Positions 8,367-17,848 of a stretch of DNA of 33,619 nucleotides are shown piece after piece. The stretch's first letter is position 1; every line of letters begins with the position of its first letter. Position numbers and translations under genes: made by a program. A model generated the notes under the pieces. That model was not told where the DNA came from and ran no database searches. It saw only the letters and a list, made by a program, of their open reading frames with translations. This DNA is from Candidatus Thorarchaeota archaeon (lineage in GTDB: Archaea > Asgardarchaeota > Thorarchaeia > Thorarchaeales > Thorarchaeaceae): the NCBI GenBank assembly GCA_004524445.1, contig SDNP01000031.1:1-33619 (forward strand), written 5' to 3'.

Positions 8367-9635
8367 CTATGATTTGCCTGTCAGCTCAGCCATGATTTCC
8401 TTCGCTCGCTCTACCTTGATATTCTTCTCTTTGACTAGGCGTTCAGCTATCTTTCCCACCATACTGCCTCTGGCTCCCGCTGTTGAGGCCACGTTTCTGG
8501 CATGTAATGACATATGTCCCCTCTGAATTCCTTCTGCAGCCAATGCCCGCAATGCGGCTAGATTCTGTGCCAATCCTACACTAGCAATGACATGAGCGAG
8601 CTCTGTAGAAGTGTCAACCCCCAGAATCTCGACGCAGGCTCTCGCTACCGGGTGCACTTTCGTGGCTCCACCAACAAGTCCAACCGCCATGGGGATTTCG
8701 ATAGATCCCACTAGGTGCCCGTCTGAATTCTTCTCATATTTTGTCAAGGAACTATACCCGTTCACAGATGCATACGAATGTGCCCCCGACTCAATGGCTC
8801 TGAAGTCGTTGCCTGTTGCAATAACGACTGCATCAATTCCATTCATGATTCCCTTATTGTGAGTAGCACAGCGATATGGGTCAGCTTCAGCAAACGCCCA
8901 GGCGGCAATAATCCCATCAACGACTTCCTTTCCACCAAGCATCTCCTTGTCAAATGTCGCCCTCACTCTAACTAGCCTCAAGTCTGCCAGATTAGATAGA
9001 ATCCTCAGGAGCACCCGTCCTCCAGAGAGTTCCTCTATCATGGGGGCAAGAGCTTCTGCCATTGTATTTACCGCGTTGGCGCCCATAGCATCTCGAGTGT
9101 CAACGATAAGTTCGGTGATCACCATAGGTCCAACATGAGAGTCAATCACCTTCACTCTCACATCCTTGGCGCCGCCGCCAAATTTAACCAAGATTGGATC
9201 CTGTTCATTTGCTAGCTCGATAATTTCCTGTTTATTTTCTAAAATTCTATTCTTTGCAAAGAAGGGAGCAGGAACATCAATAGCTTGTATCTGGGCAATC
9301 ATAACTGGTCCCGTGTCCGTAGCTTGGAAGCCTCCATGATCCCTGGCCATTCGAGCTGCATTGCTAGCCGCCGCGACTACAGATGGTTCCTCAATTGCCA
9401 TGGGGATTAAGTAGTCTTTATCATTCACCGCGAAGTTGGTAGCAATTCCAAGAGGAAGTGTCATTGAACCTATGACGTTCTCTATCATATGGTCTAGAAT
9501 CTCTAGGTCGACCTTACCCGGATCTATCAGTGGCTCGAGTACTTTTGCGTCGATACCGGTTGCCTCCTTGAGCTTCTCAATTCTTTTCTCACGATTCAAC
9601 TTGTAAAAACCGGGTATCCGTGAATCCTTGACCAT
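8367..9635 (-). CDS. mvaA: Hydroxymethylglutaryl-CoA reductase, class II (bacterial/Archaeoglobus type)
   Basis: SRIPGFYKL, ENVIG, EEPSVVAAAS, DAMGAN, THNKGIMNG, GNDFRAIE and GIQRGHMSLH motifs. Confidence 0.95.
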   Translation of the reverse strand: MVKDSRIPGFYKLNREKRIEKLKEATGIDAKVLEPLIDPGKVDLEILDHMIENVIGSMTLPLGIATNFAVNDKDYLIPMAIEEPSVVAAASNAARMARDHGGFQATDTGPVMIAQIQAIDVPAPFFAKNRILENKQEIIELANEQDPILVKFGGGAKDVRVKVIDSHVGPMVITELIVDTRDAMGANAVNTMAEALAPMIEELSGGRVLLRILSNLADLRLVRVRATFDKEMLGGKEVVDGIIAAWAFAEADPYRCATHNKGIMNGIDAVVIATGNDFRAIESGAHSYASVNGYSSLTKYEKNSDGHLVGSIEIPMAVGLVGGATKVHPVARACVEILGVDTSTELAHVIASVGLAQNLAALRALAAEGIQRGHMSLHARNVASTAGARGSMVGKIAERLVKEKNIKVERAKEIMAELTGKS

Positions 9636-9761
9636 TTACAATCCCTCTCAAAATCTCATTTGCATTGCTAATAAAAATGATGATTTGATTCTACAAAAGA
9701 GTATCATATTCAACCCCCCGAAATGACCTCTTGCCCGAATGAATCTTAGTTATGAATCAGC

Positions 9762-10466
9762 ATGTTTCCACTAAATATCCCATGGGTCTATAGAAAGAGC
9801 TCATTTTCCAGCTTGCGATTCCATTACGCTCTTGTGAAGATTTATTGCATACCAGTGGTTATTTCCATAGGGCAAGGATCCTCCAGGAGACTCGTATTGA
9901 CTAGTATCGAGCATGGTTTGAGCCATCTTACTAGCAGACAAGTGGCTATTATCATGGTAATTATAACATTGCTGATTCCCTACAATGCTCAATTCCAAGG
10001 CGGTCAACGTTCGGGGGATGAGTGGGTAGTAGACGTGACCATTATGGCAATTTTATGGGTGCTATTCCCGAGTCATTGGGGCCCTAATACGGGTGCATTT
10101 GGCTCGCGAGGAGGCGGCCTTCAGCTTTTGGACCCGGTCATCATAATCAATACCCTTCCGCTATGGATAATGAACATGTTATTTGCCATTCAGGTAATTC
10201 GCTTTCGACAAGGTGATGCTTCTAAAAAATCTGCTATTGCTTGTGCTATTCTAACTCTGGTTTTTCCATTGCTTTCTGCTCTAACGGGATGGTCATATGT
10301 TATAGAATATATTTCATTCACAGGAAACTTTGTGTATATCGGTCCAATTCCTGTTCAGCTCATTGCCGGGCTTGTGTTAGTTCGTTTCTCTGAGAATTGG
10401 CATGTGACGACGCCTTGGAAAGAAGTCAAAGCTGAGGAATGGTGGAATGAAGAACATAGTCGGTGA
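9762..10466 (+). CDS. Hypothetical membrane protein (about 5 TM); true start probably downstream of 9762
   Basis: Several hydrophobic helices from about residue 60; ends ...YIGPIPVQLIAGLVLVRF...PW. The first ~45 codons look non-coding-like. Confidence 0.6.
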   Translation: MFPLNIPWVYRKSSFSSLRFHYALVKIYCIPVVISIGQGSSRRLVLTSIEHGLSHLTSRQVAIIMVIITLLIPYNAQFQGGQRSGDEWVVDVTIMAILWVLFPSHWGPNTGAFGSRGGGLQLLDPVIIINTLPLWIMNMLFAIQVIRFRQGDASKKSAIACAILTLVFPLLSALTGWSYVIEYISFTGNFVYIGPIPVQLIAGLVLVRFSENWHVTTPWKEVKAEEWWNEEHSR

Positions 10467-10515
10467 GTTACAAACTGATTCCTGAAGCGCATGAATTAGA
10501 TGCCTTTTCTGCATC

Positions 10516-10839
10516 TTAACCGCCTGTTATGGGTACCATAATGATAAACACATCAGAATGTTCAACCGAGTCATATTGGTTATCAACAAGAACAAAACCA
10601 CTTTTATCAATATAGCCCACTTGGTCCCCACCTAGTACCACGACGCATCCTTTTAATCTATCAATGCGTCGCCCGGCCATAGTAGAGTATCTGCCATGCT
10701 TCTCAGCATCTGTCAACACCAATTCCATCAGCTTGCTCAGAGTGGTCTTACCTTCTGTAATCACAAATTCTCTTTCATATCGAATGAACGGATGGACTAT
10801 TTCGATTTTTGCAGTGGATTCTGACATAACAAATGACAT
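10516..10839 (-). CDS. Ubiquitin-like MoaD/ThiS/SAMP/Urm1-family beta-grasp protein
   Basis: About 105 aa; TLSKLMELV helix; ends SDVFIIMVPITGG-stop (C-terminal di-glycine). Confidence 0.8.
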   Translation of the reverse strand: MSFVMSESTAKIEIVHPFIRYEREFVITEGKTTLSKLMELVLTDAEKHGRYSTMAGRRIDRLKGCVVVLGGDQVGYIDKSGFVLVDNQYDSVEHSDVFIIMVPITGG

Positions 10840-11017
10840 CTCTACTTTTTGGTAGGTTTCATTCTTTTATTGACCTTTGTGGCTACTGATTCATAGGATC
10901 ATGTTTGTTTATGTTTATTTTGAAACCCTCTCATTTTGTCGTCCATCCTTTTGAGCAGGGGGGCAGTCCAGACCTACATTTGGAGAAAAATCAAAATCGA
11001 ACATTGTCGATGGATTC

Positions 11018-11032
11018 CCGCAAATGTATAAG
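11018..11032 (+). promoter_or_regulatory. Putative BRE/TATA promoter of glyS
   Basis: CCGCAAATGTATAAG about 50-65 bp upstream of the ATG. Confidence 0.35.
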
Positions 11033-11081
11033 ACTATAGACTTAAGTTTGGCATAGCGGAGCGTAACTGTGGTGTTGCACG

Positions 11082-12590
11082 ATGAGCACTGAGAATGATT
11101 TCAACGAAGTTATTACAGCTTTGGCTAAGAAAAGAGGCTTCTTCTGGGGCCCCTCTCCTGAGATATATGGTGGGGCTTCCGGATTTTATGATTTGGGTCC
11201 TCTAGGTAAGCTGCTGAAGAATAGGCTAGAGAAAATCATTCGTGCATCATTCGTGAAATCCAACTTCTGGGAAATAGAAGCACCTACAGTATCTCCTGAG
11301 ATAGTTTGGGATGCTTCCGGTCACTTGGAGGGATTCATGGATCCGTTAGTTGCTTGTGAGAAGTGTGGTCAGACCTATCGTGCTGATACATTAATTGAGA
11401 GCCATCCCAAGGGTGAAGCCTTGAAAGGTCTGTCTTTAGAAGAGATGTCTGAGAAGATTAAGGAATTGGATATCAAATGTCCCTCCTGCGATGGAACATT
11501 TGGACAGGTCAAGGAATACAATCTCATGCTTAAGACGCATTTGGGATTAGACCAGGTTGCTTATCTCCGTCCTGAAACTGCCACAACCTCCTATTTGTTG
11601 TTCAAGAGACTTCTAACATTCTTTAGAAGACAATTGCCCATTCAAGTGTTTCAGATTGGGAAGGCATACAGGAATGAGATTTCACCACGACAAGGCATGT
11701 TAAGGCTACGAGAATTCACTCAGGTGGAGGGACAAATCTTCCTACTAGAAGACGACAAGGATGATTGGTCTGATATCAAGGAAATTGAGGATGAGAAGAT
11801 TCCCCTGGTTCCATACCAAACACAGGAGCAAGGTTCTGTCGATGTTTCCAATATTTCAGTAAAGCAAGCATTGGAGAAGGGGTATTTTCAGAATCCAGCC
11901 TACGCATGGTGTGTCTATCTGGCTTTCAAGATGTTTGATGACATGGGATTCGATTCTGACCAAATCCGCCTTCGACAACATTTGCTGAACGAGAGGGCCC
12001 ATTATGCCGCTGATGCTTGGGATATCGAAGTCAAGACTCGAAGTTTTGGTTGGGTTGAATGCTGTGGAGTACACGATCGTGGGAGCTATGACCTTGCGCG
12101 GCACAAGAAGTATTCAGGGGAGCGACTTCACATTAAGGTGAACAAGAAACCTGTAGTTCCTCATGTGTTGGAGATCGCTTTTGGTGTCGAACGACCATTA
12201 TTCTGTTTGATGGACAATGCCTACGCGAAAGATGAAGAACGCGTTTGGCTGGAATTCGATCCTCGTATTTCTCCAATTCAGGTTGCTGTCTTTCCTCTTC
12301 TCAGCAAAGATAAGTTGGAAGCGCCAGCTCGAGAAATTTATGATGATATTCTTGAGAGTGGACTGATTACACAATATGACAATGGCGGGTCGATCGGACG
12401 TAGATACAGACGTCAAGATGAGGTGGGTACCCCGTTTTGTATCACAATTGACTTTGACACGATTGAAGATGGAACAGTAACGATACGGGAACGCGATTCA
12501 ATGGAACAGGTTAGGGTTCATCGGGACAAACTGGTTTCAACGCTGAAGGATTTGATTCAGCATCAAATTAAGTTCTCTGAGCTCGAATAA
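11082..12590 (+). CDS. glyS: Glycine--tRNA ligase (alpha2, archaeal/eukaryotic type)
   Basis: EIYGG..GFYDLGPLG, YLRPETA, GKAYRNEISPRQGMLRLREFTQ, AHYA.DAWD, and anticodon-binding SIGRRYRRQDEVGTPFCITID; CxxC/CxxC insertion. Confidence 0.97.
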   Translation: MSTENDFNEVITALAKKRGFFWGPSPEIYGGASGFYDLGPLGKLLKNRLEKIIRASFVKSNFWEIEAPTVSPEIVWDASGHLEGFMDPLVACEKCGQTYRADTLIESHPKGEALKGLSLEEMSEKIKELDIKCPSCDGTFGQVKEYNLMLKTHLGLDQVAYLRPETATTSYLLFKRLLTFFRRQLPIQVFQIGKAYRNEISPRQGMLRLREFTQVEGQIFLLEDDKDDWSDIKEIEDEKIPLVPYQTQEQGSVDVSNISVKQALEKGYFQNPAYAWCVYLAFKMFDDMGFDSDQIRLRQHLLNERAHYAADAWDIEVKTRSFGWVECCGVHDRGSYDLARHKKYSGERLHIKVNKKPVVPHVLEIAFGVERPLFCLMDNAYAKDEERVWLEFDPRISPIQVAVFPLLSKDKLEAPAREIYDDILESGLITQYDNGGSIGRRYRRQDEVGTPFCITIDFDTIEDGTVTIRERDSMEQVRVHRDKLVSTLKDLIQHQIKFSELE

Positions 12591-12615
12591 TCATATAATG
12601 ATGACAAAATCCTAG

Positions 12616-12849
12616 CTATTTCAGAGGTCCATGTCTTCGAATATTTGGAAAGAGTTCTTGAATAGTGGCTTGAAGATTATCTTTATTCACAACGGTCCCC
12701 TTCAATTTCAGTGACCGCCAAATTTCATCTGTCATTTCTCGGACCGTCTTTCCAATATACTCAAATTTATCAACACTACGACCTTGGTACGTGAGTTCTA
12801 ATATGCCCTGTTTTTTACTGAGACTGTATTGTGTTCCTGTGATTCTCAA
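12616..12849 (-). CDS. Small hypothetical protein (77 aa)
   Basis: TTG start with GGAG RBS; fills an otherwise empty gap; plausible beta-beta-beta-alpha-alpha amphipathic pattern. Confidence 0.55.
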   Translation of the reverse strand: MRITGTQYSLSKKQGILELTYQGRSVDKFEYIGKTVREMTDEIWRSLKLKGTVVNKDNLQATIQELFPNIRRHGPLK

Positions 12850-12978
12850 AGCTGTTCATCTCCAACTCTATACTCTCTTTTCCTTATGTTTTAATGTATT
12901 TAACTGATATTCTTTCCTTGATTATTTTGAGAAAGAAGTATAAGGTTGATAGTTGAAGCATACTTTAGAGGGTTGCTG

Positions 12979-13422
12979 ATGAATGACGATACCAAACGCG
13001 TTGAAGTAAAATCTATTCTTGTTGCAGTCGATGGTTCAGAACATTCAGAGAAGGCCGTTCGGTACGCTTGTGCAATGGGACCTCCATTGGAAGCTGAAGT
13101 AATTCTTCTCCATGTGGTGCCCATGCTTGTTTCAGCTACCCCCTATCACGATACCGTTTCTGACCAGCCTTTTTCGGCACTCCAAAAAGTAGGTGAAGAT
13201 ATTCTAGCAAAAGCCAAAGAAATAGCGGGCAACTGTCCGGTTACAGATATGATTGACCACGGAGACCCCGCCCAACGAATCATGGAAATAGCGGAAGAAA
13301 AGAATGTTGATTTGATTGTTATGGGCTCCAGAGGCGTCAGCGGCATCAAGAGGCTTTTTGTTGGGTCAATCTCGGACAAGGTGACCAATCAAGCACCATG
13401 TCCAGTTATGATTGTGCGGTAA
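12979..13422 (+). CDS. Universal stress protein (UspA family)
   Basis: ILVAVDGSEHSEKA, DLIVMGSRG-x9-GS ATP-binding motif, APCPVMIVR. ATG 12979 is preferred over the upstream TTG. Confidence 0.95.
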   Translation: MNDDTKRVEVKSILVAVDGSEHSEKAVRYACAMGPPLEAEVILLHVVPMLVSATPYHDTVSDQPFSALQKVGEDILAKAKEIAGNCPVTDMIDHGDPAQRIMEIAEEKNVDLIVMGSRGVSGIKRLFVGSISDKVTNQAPCPVMIVR

Positions 13423-13453
13423 TCTAGGATTCAATCCATTATACTGCGAGAAG

Positions 13454-14707
13454 ATGCTGACATTGCAGAGATATGGTGCATCTATTGACATAGGAACCTC
13501 ACATGTTGGCATTAATCTCTGCTCCTTGGATGATTGTAAATTGGTAGGTCACTCGTTCGAATTGAATCCACAATCTGTAGTCGGTGCGGACATACTATCT
13601 CGCCTAAAATATCACGCCAGCCAAGCTAGATCGGTCTTGGATCTCAGCAAATTGATCAAGAATCATATTGATGGTCAATTGCACGAAATGCTTGGTGCTC
13701 TCTCATTGCCTCTGGGCAGTATAGGCCGTGCAGTGATTGTGGGAAACTCTGCCATGCACCATCTTTTCTTTGACAAAGATATCAGGCCTCTACTGAAGGA
13801 ACCTTTTGTTGGAATCAACAAACATGACATATCATGTACTGGGAAAGAAATCGATATGATCACATTAAACAGCGCGGAGGTATTCTCGCCCCCTCTCGTA
13901 GGTGGTTTTGTCGGAAATGATGCTATAGCCGTAGTTGTCGAATCAGGCGTAATGAAACAGCAAAGAAAGGCTGTTCTTATCGACATTGGTGTCAACACAG
14001 AAGTTGGACTGTATGATGAGGACAAGATCTATTTCGCATCTGCAGCATCAGGGCCTGCATTTGAGGAAATGTCTATTGCAGACGGAATGACTGCTGAAGC
14101 GGGAGCCATTTCGACATTCCGTTTTGGAAATGAGTCACAATTTCCGAACATTGAAACGATTGGTGATGAACCAGTTCAAGGAATCTGCGGCAGTGGTAGC
14201 ATATCTATTCTCGCCGCACTTCTTGAGAAAAGGTTGATTGATGAATTCGGTACCTTCGTTTCTCCGGAGGAATCACCTCATGTTCAACAACTAGGAGATA
14301 GCAGAGCATTCAAAGTAGCTCGAGGAATGAATGATGATTGGATTCTGCTCACTCAACAAGATATTCGCATGCTCCAGCAGTCAAAGGCTGCAATCCGTGC
14401 TGCGATTGAAGTGCTATTTCAGGAAGCAAAAGTTATGCCCGAGGAGGTTCAGCATATCTTCATTACAGGCGAATTTGGAGCAAGTTTCAGCTTTCAGGAG
14501 GCAGTGAAAATAGGTATGTTTCCCACTTTAGAAAAAGCAGAGATAATTCAGCAACCAAACGGAGGCCTGGGGGGAGCTACCAAGATTCTTTGCTCAGCTG
14601 ATGGTGAGGAACTATGCAGCTCAATTGCAGACCGAATAAGATATGTGAATCTGACGTCGAATCCGGTATTTGATGAGCAATATGCGATTCATCGGGTGTT
14701 TGAATAA
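13454..14707 (+). CDS. RACo-like ASKHA ATPase (reductive activator of corrinoid proteins family) without Fe-S domain
   Basis: DIGTS, NPQ...GADILSR, VGNSAMHHLF, GGFVGND, DIGVNTE, GPAFE, GICGSG, TQQDIRMLQQSKAAI. Confidence 0.85.
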   Translation: MLTLQRYGASIDIGTSHVGINLCSLDDCKLVGHSFELNPQSVVGADILSRLKYHASQARSVLDLSKLIKNHIDGQLHEMLGALSLPLGSIGRAVIVGNSAMHHLFFDKDIRPLLKEPFVGINKHDISCTGKEIDMITLNSAEVFSPPLVGGFVGNDAIAVVVESGVMKQQRKAVLIDIGVNTEVGLYDEDKIYFASAASGPAFEEMSIADGMTAEAGAISTFRFGNESQFPNIETIGDEPVQGICGSGSISILAALLEKRLIDEFGTFVSPEESPHVQQLGDSRAFKVARGMNDDWILLTQQDIRMLQQSKAAIRAAIEVLFQEAKVMPEEVQHIFITGEFGASFSFQEAVKIGMFPTLEKAEIIQQPNGGLGGATKILCSADGEELCSSIADRIRYVNLTSNPVFDEQYAIHRVFE

Positions 14708-14711
14708 TGAG

Positions 14712-15197
14712 CTAGTAGATCAATTCTTTATCGTCGTACGTTTCACCATCACGTAGTCTTGATGATGAAAGGGGATGCCCATCTTTCGTTCTTACACGTG
14801 GAACAACTATGACATGGAATCGTTTTAGACCATTCTCGAATCTCTTTTCATTTATCTTGAATGCATTATCGACTACTGATATTTCGTCTGAAACAATGAG
14901 CGCATCCAATGGGTTCATCTTATCCGCTCCTCCAGCAACAGTTTCAATACGGAAGATGTCACATCGATGCCATTCGGATTCAGCCTTGAGAAAATCCACG
15001 AGGGATGCTTTCCTCTCTTCATAGGTTTGAATCTTCTCAAAATCATCCTTTCCCTCTATCATTGAATCTGCAGTGAGTCCAATACCCACCTCTTCTCCAA
15101 GTCGTAATGCAGTTCGCAAGAGGTGCTTATGTCCCGGGTGTAGACGGTCGAATGTACCTGCGAAGACAACTTTCTCATAGGGGGCGTTATGACGCAT
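14712..15197 (-). CDS. coaD: Phosphopantetheine adenylyltransferase, archaeal/eukaryotic type
   Basis: AGTFDRLHPGH (HxGH), GLTAD, IN.KR.ENGL, DGHPLSSSRLR. Confidence 0.9.
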   Translation of the reverse strand: MRHNAPYEKVVFAGTFDRLHPGHKHLLRTALRLGEEVGIGLTADSMIEGKDDFEKIQTYEERKASLVDFLKAESEWHRCDIFRIETVAGGADKMNPLDALIVSDEISVVDNAFKINEKRFENGLKRFHVIVVPRVRTKDGHPLSSSRLRDGETYDDKELIY

Positions 15198-15202
15198 TTT
15201 TC

Positions 15203-17194
15203 TCAGCCATCTCTGACCTGTACGACCTCTAGTTTCTGCAAGTCTTGCACTACATCCATGACCCGCTTCAATTGGATTTTACCAAATTGGAATGACAGTT
15301 TATCCCATATCTCTTCTATTTGCGTCCAGTCACTTGAAAGATTCAGTAACTCGTCCACCCATCTGAACATGTGGGAGTCCTTCTGCAAAATCTGGAAATA
15401 CCTATCTCTTCGTTGTGGCGGCAGGTCGTAAATTGCTGATGGCGGAAATGCATACTTGAGAGTCCTCTTAGCCTCTACTTTCAGATTATAGGACTCCAAG
15501 TCAAATTCGTCCTTTCCCTTTGCCTCAACTCCGACCTCTGCACAAGCTCCTAGATATGCTTTGCGTGCTACCACCATCTCCGTGGCATAGGACATCTCTA
15601 TGCTCGCTTTAAGAGCTTCAAGAAGGTCTTTTTCTTCAGAAATAAAGTACCATTCTTCACTGGCTTTATCAAGAGTGCTCATTGCCAGCTTCTGAGCATA
15701 TGTCAACCATCGCATTGTTCGAGGATATATCTTCTCTGGGTCATCGAGGCATTGACCAAGGATAGACATGGCTTCATTGATCACCCTATTTGAAATATCT
15801 CTCATTTCATTTCTACAATGGGTTAACAATGTTTCTTTGCAGACATACCTCGGATATACGATACTGAGTGCAGAAAGAGTTAGAGCACTACATACGAACA
15901 GCATTTGCTGGGGATCCAGCTTGTCAGTCGTATCTTCTGAGGTATGATAGAACTTGTCAGGAAATTGATTGAGCATAACTGCTGGAATGCCCACCGTCGA
16001 ATCTGTGAACAGGAAATGGTCGCTTCCTGCAGAATATACCTTCTCCTTCCAGGGTAATGGAACAATTGTGCCCCCGGTGCTTGCATCATAATCCCGCTCC
16101 GCCTCTTGTGCAAGCCAATATGTAAGAACGTTGTTAAGAGTACTTGGCAATGAATAAGGGGTTCGGAAGAAGTTTAGCATAGAGCCTGTCTTACAGGGGT
16201 CTGCTCCAACCATGTCGGCATTAATCACAAATTTGCATTTCTCAAGTAATTCTTCCTCACTATCAATCAACTGGATTGTCCCGTGCCATTCGGGCATCCA
16301 AATGAATCGGATTGAGATTTCAGGATTTTTCAATGCGTCCTCTCTTATGAGACGAGAAATAGTCCTGAGTGCTTCCAGAATTGCCCCGCTTCCCGAGGCG
16401 TTATCATTCGCTCCAGGATTGGGGTGACAAACATGTGCCACAAGCCATAGCTCCTGTGAGGTATCTTCTCCCTCCATCAAGGCTGATAGAATCTGGTGCT
16501 TCCCTTCCCCAAGTTTTGCATCAACTTTGGCTCGAACGACTACTTTTTCCCCCTCTTCAAGCCACCTCTTTATTTGAAGACCATCTAATCTCGTCAAAGA
16601 GAATCCAAATCCAGTGTTCTCCTTATCTTCTGGTTCTGGCCATAGTCCTTCATATGGCCTAAGCTGTGACGAATCATCCTTTCCCGTGGAGCGTCGATAT
16701 GAAAGAATCCCTGCTGCTCCTTTTTCAAGACAAGCAATGCGATGAACTCGTGATTGTTTTGAATAGGTCAGCACCACTTTTCCCTTGACATCTAAATTCT
16801 GGTAGTCTTTTTCCAGCAAACCCCGTCCGACATCAATGACTTCAAAATCGCAGTCTATTGCTGTAGAGTGGGCTGCCAGAGATATTCGCTGTGTATCGAA
16901 GTCGCAGAGCTTTCTTTCCTCTGGCTCTATGACTGATAATGTTGCTGACTTTGGGGTCCATCCATGAAGATTCTTCCAGAGACCGATTTTGCCCTTGCCA
17001 TCTGCGGGATATTCAAATCGTTTTATTTTCGCGTCTGAAATCTTTCCAATCTCTGATTGAATGAAGTCTAACGCTCTCCCCAGTTCATCAGTTCCTTGTA
17101 TTCTGTGATACTGAGAAATCCCCTTTGCATAGTCTTTGGCTTTGATCCCTGAAACTGTCCGATGGACCGATTGTACGAAGTCCTCTGGAAGCAT
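15203..17194 (-). CDS. M28-family aminopeptidase-like protein with PA domain (DUF4910-like)
   Basis: YHRIQG, PA insert (DVKGKVVL...GAAGIL), AHVCHP.PGANDNASG, PEWHG, DMVG, GSDH, YHTSED; winged-helix-like C-terminus. Confidence 0.85.
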   Translation of the reverse strand: MLPEDFVQSVHRTVSGIKAKDYAKGISQYHRIQGTDELGRALDFIQSEIGKISDAKIKRFEYPADGKGKIGLWKNLHGWTPKSATLSVIEPEERKLCDFDTQRISLAAHSTAIDCDFEVIDVGRGLLEKDYQNLDVKGKVVLTYSKQSRVHRIACLEKGAAGILSYRRSTGKDDSSQLRPYEGLWPEPEDKENTGFGFSLTRLDGLQIKRWLEEGEKVVVRAKVDAKLGEGKHQILSALMEGEDTSQELWLVAHVCHPNPGANDNASGSGAILEALRTISRLIREDALKNPEISIRFIWMPEWHGTIQLIDSEEELLEKCKFVINADMVGADPCKTGSMLNFFRTPYSLPSTLNNVLTYWLAQEAERDYDASTGGTIVPLPWKEKVYSAGSDHFLFTDSTVGIPAVMLNQFPDKFYHTSEDTTDKLDPQQMLFVCSALTLSALSIVYPRYVCKETLLTHCRNEMRDISNRVINEAMSILGQCLDDPEKIYPRTMRWLTYAQKLAMSTLDKASEEWYFISEEKDLLEALKASIEMSYATEMVVARKAYLGACAEVGVEAKGKDEFDLESYNLKVEAKRTLKYAFPPSAIYDLPPQRRDRYFQILQKDSHMFRWVDELLNLSSDWTQIEEIWDKLSFQFGKIQLKRVMDVVQDLQKLEVVQVRDG

Positions 17195-17250
17195 ATCCTT
17201 TTCCTCAGTCCTGATAGAATCTTTACTGGCATAAGTAAGCTACGGCTGTG

Positions 17251-17322
17251 AAATAAAAGCAAGAAGACAAAAGCAAAAAAGCAAAAAAATAGAAAATTTG
17301 GCGCGGAATGAATATCCACGCC
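17251..17322 (-). terminator. Hairpin plus long U-rich tract downstream of ferritin
   Basis: Minus strand GGCGTGGA-tattcat-TCCGCGCC (8 bp with one G-U), followed by about 45 nt of U-rich runs. Confidence 0.65.
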
Positions 17323-17350
17323 ATGTCATGGTGTTTCTTAGAAAACAGAA

Positions 17351-17848
17351 TTACTTGTCTTCTCGCTGTCCAAGTCGTGCATCCAACATGAACAGGGCAT
17401 TAGTAGAATCGCCTATCTTCTTAAGGAGGTCTCTTACTCTCATGGTCTGCTCTTCTTCTTCAACCTGCTCATCGTAAAACCAATTGAGCATTGGAATTGC
17501 GGACTTGTCGTTTTCGCTTTCAGCGAGCTCACCAATCTTGAAAATGCGTTCAGTCACAACTTTCTCGTGGTCGTAGGCATCTTGCCAAGCATCCAAGGGT
17601 GATTCCCAGTTGGTTGCGGGAGCTTTAATTGCCTTCATTTCGGCACGCCCACCACGGTCGACAATGTGATCCCAAAATCTCATTGCATGCTCATACTCCT
17701 CCTTTGCTTGGATTTTCATCCAGTGAGCCATTCCATCAAGATTTTGCTCTTCAAACCATGATGCCATAGAGAGGTAGATATACCCACTATAAAGCTCGAA
17801 GTTGAGCTGATCATTAATTGCTTCAGCTAGTTCTTTACTTATCTCCAA
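17351..17848 (-). CDS. ftnA: Non-heme ferritin
   Basis: QLNFELYSGYIYLSM, EEYEHA, HEKVVT, WFYDEQVEEE ferroxidase residues; TTG start with GGTGA RBS. Confidence 0.95.
   Translation of the reverse strand: MEISKELAEAINDQLNFELYSGYIYLSMASWFEEQNLDGMAHWMKIQAKEEYEHAMRFWDHIVDRGGRAEMKAIKAPATNWESPLDAWQDAYDHEKVVTERIFKIGELAESENDKSAIPMLNWFYDEQVEEEEQTMRVRDLLKKIGDSTNALFMLDARLGQREDK

Noticed and set aside
13412-13453. GTG start of the RACo gene overlapping usp, or a usp-RACo fusion
   Set aside because: usp ends with a normal family C-terminus and TAA. ATG 13454 gives a clean start just before the DIGTS motif.
17068-17319. 83-aa Phe-rich minus-strand ORF resembling a signal peptide
   Set aside because: Its hydrophobic run is simply the translated U-rich terminator tract, and it overlaps the peptidase start out of frame.
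17300-17322. Ferritin 3' hairpin as a SECIS or iron-responsive element
   Set aside because: Ferritin has no in-frame UGA, and the hairpin lacks a CAGUGN loop or tandem GA quartet. The following U-tract fits a terminator.
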